DNA from: an uncultured cyanobacterium
GTDB lineage: Bacteria; Cyanobacteriota; Cyanobacteriia; Cyanobacteriales; Microcystaceae
Reading direction: 5' to 3'
NCBI GenBank assembly: GCA_963807635.1
Contig: CAWEDJ010000076.1
Span: 1-18,084 of the forward strand
DNA: 18,084 nt
Part shown: one piece after another, positions 1 to 9,077 of the stretch
Position numbering within the stretch: position 1 is the first letter of the stretch
Layout: each line of letters starts with the position of its first letter
Position numbers and translations under genes: made by a program
The notes under the pieces: model-generated
Database searches by the model: none
What the model saw: only the letters and a program-made list of their open reading frames with translations
What the model was told of the DNA's origin: nothing

Positions 1-1017
1 AATGTGCTTTATGCCGACAAGCGAGGAGAAATTTTTTATCTCTACAACGCGATCGCGCCCAAACGTCAGAAAGATTGGTCATTTTGGCGGGGAATCATTG
101 CAGGAAAACGGCTAAAACTCTCTCTGGACGGATTATTTGCCCTATGAAGCGTTACCCAAATTGCATAATCCTGGGACAGGCTGGTTACAAAATACCAATG
201 ATCCCCCCTGGACAAGTACCTTTCCAACCCAATTAAAGCCCCAAAATTATGCCGAGAATTTAGCAGGATCTTCCCTTGCCGATGCACCCGATATTTTTCG
301 TACTCAACGGTCAATTAAATTATTACAGGGAAATAAAAAAATTAGCTTTGAAGACATGATTAAGGATAAATTTTCGTCCCGATTTGAAATAGCCGATCGC
401 ATTTGACAAATTCCTATTCCGACCGCTAAATTATTAGCCAATCCCCTGGGATTAGAAGCTGTAGAAGTTTTAAAAAAATGGGATCATCAAGCCAATCCCG
501 ATAGTCGGGGAGCCGTTTTATTTTCATTATGGGCATCAACCCTTGGACAAAATCGAATTTTCTCTAAACCCTGGCAAACAAAAAATCCCCTTAATACTCC
601 AACGGGTTTGGCAGATATTAATACTGCTCTCGCGGTTTTAGAAGGAGTCGCGGCTCAAATGAAATATCTCTATGGCTCCCTCGATGTTCCCTGGGGAGAT
701 TTCGTTAAAATGAAGGCGGGAAAATATCAATTACCTGCCAATGGTGGGCCAGGAGAGTTGGGAAGTTTTCGGGTTTTGGATTTGCAATCTCTTCCAAACG
801 GACAATCCCAAGCGATTTTTGGCGATAGTTTTATTGCCGCGATCTCCTTCCTGATCCCATTCAAGCTAAGGTTTTGACGGTCTATGGGAATGCCAGCCAA
901 CCCTACTCGGCTCATGTCGGCGATCAACTTCCTCTCTATGCTAAAAATCAGTTACGTACCCCTTGGCGATCGCGACAAGATATCGAGTTCCATTTAGAAT
1001 TACGGGAGGTATTTTAA
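1..1017 (+). CDS. Penicillin amidase / acyl-homoserine-lactone acylase family (Ntn-hydrolase, peptidase S45), C-terminal part; 5'-truncated and frameshifted
   Basis: Frame 1 begins NVLYADKRGEIFYLYN. Later segments read LPKLHNPGTGWLQNTNDPPW, LKKWDHQANPDSRGA, YGSLDVPWG, PANGGPGELGSFR, GDSFIA and HVGDQLPLYAKNQLRTPWRSRQDIEFHLELREVF, ending in TAA at 1015-1017. Several indels join the ORF pieces 137-406 and 608-877. Confidence 0.8.
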
Positions 1018-1172
1018 AGTTCAAAATGAGATTTAGATCACAAACTTCCTCAAGATGTTTATGATAGGACGGTATGGTATTAATTTTTGACTTTCCTGAT
1101 TGTTCTTTTCTCAAAAACAATGATTAACCGTTCCTTCCCCATCTGTTTATTAAAAAATTTTATTGTTATTCA

Positions 1173-3871
1173 ATGAATTTACTAGGGGGATTTTGTGAGA
1201 ATAGCTCTTCGAAAAGTATTTTAAAAATTCGCGCCTCACTTACACCTTCCCATATTCTTGAAACAACGGTCACTGAAGTTCGCCATTTATTGGGAGGACA
1301 GCGAGTGATGATTTGTCGTATTCACTCTGATGGCCATCGGCAAGGATTAGTAGAATCGGTCGAAGAACCCTATGCTTCGACGTTGAATAGGGATATTTCT
1401 TTAATTTCAGTCGATCTAGCATCCTATCGACAACATCAAGTGGAAGTCATTAATGATATTAATAAGGCTAAGTCGAGTGAAGAAAAAAGAGCTTTCTTAG
1501 CATCATTTCAGATTAAAACTATTGCTAAAATTCCTATTTATATTCATCAAAGTCTTTGGGGAAGATTAGATATTCATGATTGTAAATATCCCCGTAACTG
1601 GTCAATTTCAGAGATAGAATGTCTGCATAATTTAATCAGTCATGTAGAAGCGGCAATGGAACAGGCGATCGCCTTAGAACAATTAAAACAATCCCATCGA
1701 GATTTGATGTTTCGGGTTGAGCAAAGAACGATTGAATTACAAGAACGTCACGAAATAGAAGTGATTCTTCGGAAAAAACAAGAACGTTTGCAATTAGCCC
1801 TAGATGCTTCGGGGGACGGGCTTTGGGATTGGAATATTACGACGGGGGAAATTTATACCAGTCCTCGTTGGTTACAGATGTTGGGATATGGGGAAAACGA
1901 TACCCCGAAAAGTATTGAAGCCTGGATAAACCTAATTCATCCCTACGATCGCTTTTGGGTCGTTGATCTTTTACAGAAACATCTTCAGGAGCCTCAGATT
2001 CCCTACCATTTTGATTATCGAGTCTTGGCTAAATCGGGGGAATACGTCTGGATCTCTAATTTTGGTAAGGCGTTCAGTGGGACAAAGCAGGTCTGCCTGT
2101 GCGATGTCGGGGACTCATCGGGATATCAATGCTCGCAAACAAATCGAAGAAGCCCTACGAAAAAGAGAAGCCCTGCTCATTGATGCCCAACAAGTCGCCC
2201 AGATTGGGAATTGGGAATATAATCTGATGAGCAAAAAAATCACTTGGACGCAACAAATGTATCAAATTTTGGATTGTAATCCGAGTTTGGGTGAACCCAG
2301 CTATGAAGAAAATTTAAAGCTTTATCTCCTTGAAGATGCAAAAAAATTGCAGCAAATGGTGGACAGGGCGATCGCAACGGAAGAATCACGAAATTGTTTT
2401 GCGGCATCCTCTGCCTGATGGTGAAATTCGTTATGTTAAAGCGATCGGTCAAATGGAATTTAATGCGGAAGGACAACCGAGTCGATCGTACGGCACTGTG
2501 CAGAATGTGACTCGTCAAATTTTAGCAGAACAAGCCCTCGAACATCAGTTAAATAAGACCTTACTTTTACAGACCTTAACGGATAAGATTCGCCAAAATC
2601 TTAATTATGGTGAAATTTTCCAAACAGCAGTCGAGGAAATTGGCAAGGTTTTTCAGGTAAATCGTTGTTTATTGCATACGATGTCAACTGCTCCTAACCG
2701 CTTTTCTTTTCCAAATTTTTCTTTTGTGACGGAATATTTAAACGGTGATTTTCCTTCAATTCTATTATTTGAGATGCCGATTGAAAATAATCCCCATTTA
2801 GAAACATTGACTTCTCAGGAAAAAGCGATCGCCGTAGAAGATGTGTATCAAGATCCGCTTTTACAAAATGCAATCTTTGTTTTGCAGAAAATCCAACTTA
2901 AATCTTGCTGGCGGTCGGTACATTTTATCAAGGTAAACTGAATGGTTTAATTGCCCTTCATCAGTGTGATAATTATCGTTATTGGACAGCAGATGAAATT
3001 GAACTGATCGAGCCGGAGCGGCCCAGGTGGGAATCGCGATCTCCCATCCCAATTATTAGAGCAGGAAAAACAGCGACTCAAGGAACTCGAAAAAACCAAC
3101 CAAGAACTGATCTTAGCCAAACAAGAAGCGGAAACTGCCAACAAAGCCAAGAGTGAATTTCTCGCCAATATGAGTCATGAAATCCGTACTCCCCTCAATG
3201 CGGTACTAGGATTTAGCTATCTTTTGGAAGATTTAATCGAAGATGAAGAAGGCAAAGAATATTTAGAAGCCATCAGTTCAAGCGGTAAAAATTTATTGAG
3301 CTTAATTAACGATGTCTTGGATCTTTCTCGCATTGAGTCAGGCAAGATGATTCTCCAACCAGAAGAGGTTAACCTGCAAGAATTGCTTGAATCTGTTAAA
3401 CAGACATTTACCTATAGTGCCAAGGAAAAGCAATTGGAATTAATTTTTAAGATTGAAGAAAATGTCCCTCTTTTAATTGAAATGGATGGCATTCGTCTGC
3501 GTCAAATATTACTCAATTTAGTCGGCAATGCTCTCAAATTCACGGAAGTTGGACAGGTCGCCGTTAATATTTCTGCCTATCCCGCCGAATCAAAAAAGGT
3601 TAATACAACAGGATTAAAAATTGCGATCGCCGACACAGGAATTGGCATTCCACCCAGTAGCCAGACCAAAATTTTTGGAGCCTTTACCCAAAATGATGGT
3701 CAAAGCACTCGTAAATATGGTGGCACAGGTTTAGGATTATCCATCACCCAAAGACTGACCGAAATGATGGGAGGACGGATCGAATTACAAAGTCAGGTCG
3801 ATCAAGGCAGTACCTTTACGCTATACTTTGGCGACGTGAATATTTGTTCTTCTGATTTCCTGACTCCTTAA
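1173..3871 (+). CDS. Multi-sensor histidine kinase (GAF-PAS/PAC-PAS/PAC-GAF-HisKA-HATPase), split by indels
   Basis: The pieces 1173-2183, 1963-2418, 2330-2941, 2905-3156 and 3170-3871 join into one protein. It shows a GAF ([13 protein letters not shown]...[14 protein letters not shown]), a PAS (DGLWDWNI...IHPYDR...GTHRDI), a second PAS (IGNWEYN...GTVQNVT), a second GAF ([13 protein letters not shown]), the H-box [20 protein letters not shown], the N-box [14 protein letters not shown], and G-boxes DTGIGI and GGTGLGL. Confidence 0.88.
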
Positions 3872-3966
3872 ATAATCCGATTTCCAATTATAAAAGACCC
3901 TTTTTACCTCTGATCAAAAAGTAGTTTTAGATCGTTCATAAATTTTTCTGTTAGCAAATTTTAATT

Positions 3967-4571
3967 ATGAAATATGGTTTAGCTTTACATACGACTAGTT
4001 CCCAATTGGGTCTTGCTATCAGTAATTTTGATGTAGAAACCCGCAGTCAAGTCTGGGATTTAGGTCGGGAATTATCGAATATTTTACATCAACATCTTGC
4101 TGACTTTATCTCCCCCCAAACCTGGACGTGATCGCCTTTATCGCCGTCGCCCAAGGGTGGCGGTTTTACCAGCACTCGTATTGGTTTAGTCACCGCCCGA
4201 ACCCTGGACAACAATTAAAGATTCCCGTTTTTGCTTTCTCCAGTTTAGCGATTTTTGCCTGGTCGATCAGAGAGCAAGTGAGAATTAATCAACTGATTCC
4301 CGTACAAATGTCCGCTACAAAAGAGCAAATTTATGGCGCAGTTTATCAAATTTCAGGGCAGAAAAAATTAATCACAATTTTACCCGATGGTTTATTAGAA
4401 CCCGAAGAATGGCAAGAAAAATTAGCGTATTTTGCTCCCAATGAAAACATCTTTATAACCCCTGATCATTTAGGTAATAATGTATCCGATTTATTAAACC
4501 TAGCGTATCAAGATTGGCAAGCAGGAATACGCCCTATCTGGTCAGAAGCATTACCTTTTTATGGAATGTAA
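3967..4571 (+). CDS. tsaB: tRNA threonylcarbamoyladenosine biosynthesis protein TsaB (frameshifted)
   Basis: ATG at 3967 gives MKYGLALHTTSSQLGLAI...WDLGRELS. Other frames give AFIAVAQG(P)GGFTSTRIGLVTARTLGQQLKIP and the C-terminal WSEALPFYG typical of cyanobacterial TsaB. Confidence 0.88.
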
Positions 4572-4579
4572 TCAGACAC

Positions 4580-4601
4580 AAAAAAAACCACCGAAGTGGG
4601 T
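4580..4601 (-). terminator. Probable intrinsic terminator of rbcLXS
   Basis: The minus strand reads ACCCAC-TTCG-GTGG-TTTTTTTT: a short stem with a C(UUCG)G tetraloop followed by 8 U. It lies between the convergent rbcS and tsaB. Confidence 0.6.
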
Positions 4602-4687
4602 CATCTGATAAACTTACTTTAAAGTTAAACAAAAGTTAAAAACCTAAGTAGCTGGTTACAATTAAAGCGACAGTAGAGTTTTCACTC

Positions 4688-4738
4688 GATACCCCCTGCC
4701 CCCCTTGATAAGGGGGGTGTCCGTAGGACGGGGGGATC
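4688..4738. repeat. GC-rich branched palindromic (REP-like) dispersed repeat
   Basis: GAT-A-CCCCC ... GGGGG-ATC forms an outer stem. It encloses two hairpins: CCCCCCTT-GAT-AAGGGGGG (4699-4717) and GTCC-GTA-GGAC (4719-4729). It resembles the CCCCCCTT-N3-AAGGGGGG repeats common in cyanobacteria. Confidence 0.7.
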
Positions 4739-4759
4739 TTATAAATTTTAAGACTTATC

Positions 4760-5099
4760 TTAGTAACGGCTTTGAGCCTGGTTGGGTTTGTGAACAATAA
4801 AGCTAATCGTTGGACACTGTTTGATATTGTCAAAACCAATCACCCGAATATAGGAATTAGGGTACTCAGAGCGGCATTCCCGAACTTCAGATAAAACAGC
4901 CTGGGGAGGCTAGCACTAAAAAAAGGCAGTTTCCACATTGTCCAGAAGTGGTTATCAGGCTGGGGTTCTTCTTCAAATTCCACCCCCGCAATAAATCCTT
5001 GATCAAACAAAAATTGAACCTGTTTAGCGATCTGTTGATCGTTAAAGGGGGGAGGTAGGAAAGGGTTTCGTAATGATGCTCTTTAGGTAAGGTTTTCAT
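4760..5099 (-). CDS. rbcS: RuBisCO small subunit (form IB), frameshifted
   Basis: Starts [20 protein letters not shown]. After an indel it continues QQIAKQVQF...[20 protein letters not shown], then [42 protein letters not shown], with the stop at 4760-4762. It follows rbcX. Confidence 0.93.
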
Positions 5100-5172
5100 G
5101 GTTATTGTACCTGTTGAATAAACAACTAAAAGGTCTGGTGAATCATTCGGATTAAATTCTGAATCGGCGGTC

Positions 5173-5535
5173 TCAGGGAGTTGGGACGAACTCTAAGGTC
5201 GATCGGGTGAGACGTTCAAGCAGATGATTGCGATGTTCCATATTGGCCTGGCTGATGCCTGTCTGTACCATTTCGGGGAGGAACTCCAACACTTGTTCCG
5301 CTAGATATTCTCGTACCGTTAAAATGCGTAAAACCATTTCCTTATTTTCTCCAATTAGCCCATCTAAAAAAGCTTCCCCATTTTGAATATTATGGTTCGC
5401 TGTATAATTTCTGAGCCAAAGACTTTGGGGTAAATTGGTTTCTGACAATTCATCAAGAATCGTACAGACGGCTTGGTAGGTCAGGTAACTTTGCAGTACC
5501 TTAGCACTGGCTTGGGCTACTTGTTTTGGTTGCAT
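5173..5535 (-). CDS. rbcX: RuBisCO assembly chaperone RbcX
   Basis: MQPKQVAQASAKVLQSYLTYQAV...LRILTVREYLAEQVLEFLPEMVQTGISQANMEHR..LLERLT, located between rbcL and rbcS. GGGGAG precedes the ATG at 5535. The true 3' end may extend about 40-50 nt further if an indel is present. Confidence 0.93.
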   Translation of the reverse strand: MQPKQVAQASAKVLQSYLTYQAVCTILDELSETNLPQSLWLRNYTANHNIQNGEAFLDGLIGENKEMVLRILTVREYLAEQVLEFLPEMVQTGISQANMEHRNHLLERLTRSTLEFVPTP

Positions 5536-5551
5536 GAACACTCCCCCAATC

Positions 5552-5660
5552 TTGATAGTGATTAGCGATGCGTGAAAACTTGTTAGTGATTAGTAGAATT
5601 AATTACCAGTTTTTTCAAACCATAACTGTTCACTATCCACTATTCCCTATTCACTATCAA
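5552..5660. repeat. Heptamer tandem repeats (STRR-like) arranged as inverted blocks in the rbcL-rbcX spacer
   Basis: Heptamers aactgtt-cactatc-cactatt-ccctatt-cactatc lie at about 5624-5658. TTGATAGTGATTAG (5552-5565) is the reverse complement of CTATTCACTATCAA (5647-5660) with 1 mismatch. Confidence 0.65.
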
Positions 5661-5672
5661 CCTTTCCCTAAT

Positions 5673-7085
<1,413 letters not shown>

Positions 7086-7389
7086 TGAGTCATTCCTCCA
7101 TAAATTGGCAATTTGAGTTCTCTTTTTATCGGCAAGCGGCGAGGCAAGGCCCACGCTGACCATCGAGAGACTGAATTTTTAATAAATTTTCGTTTGCCAG
7201 AAGCCTTTTAAGCGCACTGTCAATTCGACTTATCTCATGTTTCGAGATTTATCTTATCACGCAGGTGAATCCTTTCTTACACCGATCGCCCTCTCCCACA
7301 ACAGATTTTTTGATTACAATTTTAAGACTGTCTGATTAACTTCCCTGATGAATCTCTTTTTGTTTAATGTTTGCTCAGAAAGCCTAGAC

Positions 7390-7418
7390 AATATAAGGGG
7401 TAGGCATCCCAATGTCAA
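7390..7418 (-). promoter_or_regulatory. Sigma70-type promoter of rbcLXS
   Basis: The minus strand has TTGACA (7418-7413), a 17 nt spacer, then TATATT (7395-7390). The predicted TSS is near 7383. Confidence 0.65.
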
Positions 7419-7440
7419 GATATTTTTGATTATAGAATTG

Positions 7441-7458
7441 ATAAGTATTATTGCTCAT
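7441..7458. promoter_or_regulatory. Candidate LysR-type regulator binding site upstream of the rbcL promoter
   Basis: Imperfect dyad ATAAG-N8-CTCAT, centred about 66 nt upstream of the predicted TSS. That is the usual position of LysR-type recognition sites. The identity of the regulator is inference. Confidence 0.35.
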
Positions 7459-7623
7459 TCGGGCTATTGTTGTCAGAAGGAAGTAATAGTTGGTCGGGAT
7501 AAGTTTGCTGAATAACTAAACTTTGGATACAAAAATAATAAACACAACAGAATCGCTGGGTTTTATGAGTGAAAAAACAGGCTGATTAATATAAACTGGT
7601 AACCATAAAAACTGAGTTGAATT

Positions 7624-7941
7624 ATGAAAAAACTTGAAAAAATCATCACAGAATTTCGCCAAGCACTAGAAAAAATCTATGGCGATAAATTAATAAACTT
7701 AGTTCTATATGGTTCTCAAGCAAGAGGGGATGCAACAGAGGACTCTGATATTGATGTGATGGTAATTTTAAAAAGTCCCGTTTCTCCTGGAGATGAAATT
7801 TTCCGTATGGGAGAAATTAAAAATCAAATTAACCTTAAATATGATCAACTCATCTCAGTTTTGCCCATATCTGAAGAAGATTTTTTGTGTAAAGATACTC
7901 CTTTATTAGAAAATATTCGCCGAGAAGGTATCGCTTTATGA
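7624..7941 (+). CDS. Minimal nucleotidyltransferase (MNT) antitoxin
   Basis: 105 aa, intact ORF. LYGSQARGDATEDSDIDV matches the GS-X10-DXD motif, and the C-terminus reads ENIRREGI. It overlaps the next gene by ATGA. Confidence 0.9.
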   Translation: MKKLEKIITEFRQALEKIYGDKLINLVLYGSQARGDATEDSDIDVMVILKSPVSPGDEIFRMGEIKNQINLKYDQLISVLPISEEDFLCKDTPLLENIRREGIAL

Positions 7942-8324
7942 GCCGCATTCAAACACTATTAAGTCTAGCTAAAGAAGAATTATATGCTGCTGAAATTTTG
8001 TTAGAAAATACTCTATATCGTGCTTGTATTTCTCGCGCATATTACTCATTGTATCATACAGTACAAGCTCTCCTAGCTGCTCAAAATATCAATGCTCGAA
8101 CACACAGAGGCTTGATTCAACAATTTGGACAACAATTTATTAAAACAGGAGAACTATCTCAAAAATTATCAAGAACCTTGAGTGAAACTTTTGATTTAAG
8201 ACAGTTAAGTGATTATGATGAAACCATACCCATCACTCAACAACAAGCAGACAAAACTTTAGAAAATGTAAAATTGTTTATTAGTGAAGCTAGTAAGTGG
8301 CTAAAGAATAATCAAATTCAGTAA
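7938..8324 (+). CDS. HEPN domain protein (toxin partner of MNT)
   Basis: 128 aa with the motifs ISRAYYSLYH, RTHRGLIQQF and DLRQLSDYD. It is translationally coupled to the MNT gene. Confidence 0.88.
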   Translation: MSRIQTLLSLAKEELYAAEILLENTLYRACISRAYYSLYHTVQALLAAQNINARTHRGLIQQFGQQFIKTGELSQKLSRTLSETFDLRQLSDYDETIPITQQQADKTLENVKLFISEASKWLKNNQIQ

Positions 8325-8341
8325 ATAAAAACAATAATTAA

Positions 8342-8423
8342 AAAATGCGATCGCCTCTTCCTGTTTAAGAAATTTAAGAAAAACGCGATCGCTTTCCATC
8401 CCTTAACTTGAAACAGCGATCTC
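8342..8423. repeat. HIP1-spacer tandem repeat, copy 1
   Basis: GCGATCGC at 8347-8354 and 8385-8392, and a degenerate GCGATCTC at 8416-8423. There is an internal 9-nt duplication TTTAAGAAA (8364-8372 and 8373-8381). Confidence 0.75.
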
Positions 8424-8428
8424 TTTAT

Positions 8429-8762
8429 TTAGTCTTCATCTTCTTCAGATTCCAATCCCAACCATAGGAGTAAGACATCTTCTACGCCTTCCATTTGCTC
8501 TGATGTTAACTCACCCAATTTTCGTAAAAGTTTGGCATGAGGGATTGTAATTAGATTTTGTAGATCAAATGCGCCTTCTCTTAAAAATTTAGCTTTGACT
8601 TGGACTTCAAATCTGGAATCTCGCAAACTGGTTGTATGTGGAACTAGGGTTACTAATGCTCGATCTCTTTCCAGTGCTGGAATGCTGATCACTAAACATG
8701 GTCTGACTTTTGCAACATAACCAAGATCAACTAGCCAAACCTTCGCGTTTGGGACTACTCAT
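8429..8762 (-). CDS. PemK/MazF family toxin (type II TA), indel near the 5' end
   Basis: ATG at 8762 gives MSSPKR. A shifted frame then gives VWLVDLGYVAKVRPCLVISIPALERDRALVTLVPHTTSLR...QNLITIPHAKLLRKLGEL, which has the hallmark RP-x-LVIS and P-x-TT motifs. The start overlaps the upstream gene stop (ATGAGTAG). Confidence 0.88.
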
Positions 8763-8946
8763 AAGCTAATTCTTCTTCGTCTAGTGTTAGAAAGATGTCC
8801 TCGGCATTTAGCGTTAATTCTTCGTCAGACAATGGCTCAAAGTCTAAATAAACTGTGCGTCTTAGAATTTCTGATAATAGGTCTAGTCTTTCTGAATATG
8901 TCAGGTTGTCAAAGGTATTTAAAAGCTCTTGTACTATGGCGGTCAT
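8755..8946 (-). CDS. Small acidic protein, putative antitoxin of the PemK/MazF toxin
   Basis: 63 aa with a very acidic C-terminal half (PLSDEELTLNAEDIFLTLDEEELAYE). It lies directly upstream of, and overlaps, the toxin gene. The function is inferred from position. Confidence 0.7.
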   Translation of the reverse strand: MTAIVQELLNTFDNLTYSERLDLLSEILRRTVYLDFEPLSDEELTLNAEDIFLTLDEEELAYE

Positions 8947-9019
8947 CTCTTTTCCCTGAGTTTTTATCTATAGCTTAACTTAATCGCCATTTTAACACCC
9001 AAAATCATTACCCGATTAT

Positions 9020-9066
9020 AAAACGAGATCGCCTCTTCCCATTTCAGAAAAAAGCGATCGCTGTTT
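9020..9066. repeat. HIP1-spacer repeat, copy 2
   Basis: GAGATCGC (9025-9032), then CTCTTCCCATTTCAGAAAAAA, then GCGATCGC (9054-9061). This is a direct repeat of 8347-8392. Confidence 0.75.
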
Positions 9067-9077
9067 AAATCAAAAAA

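Noticed and set aside
7086..7163. 26 aa N-terminal extension of RbcL suggested by the ORF track
   Set aside because: The ATG at 7085 has a strong GGAGG RBS and gives the typical MVQAK start.
7282..7304. Possible third copy of the HIP1-spacer repeat (CCGATCGC-CCTCTCCCACAACAG)
   Set aside because: Only 9/15 identity after a degenerate octamer, with no second HIP1. It also lies in the rbcL leader, so it does not delimit the MNT-HEPN module.
8342..9066. CRISPR array or integron attC interpretation of the HIP1 repeats
   Set aside because: There are too few units, the spacers resemble each other, there are no cas or integrase genes, and there is no RYYYAAC/GTTRRRY attC structure.
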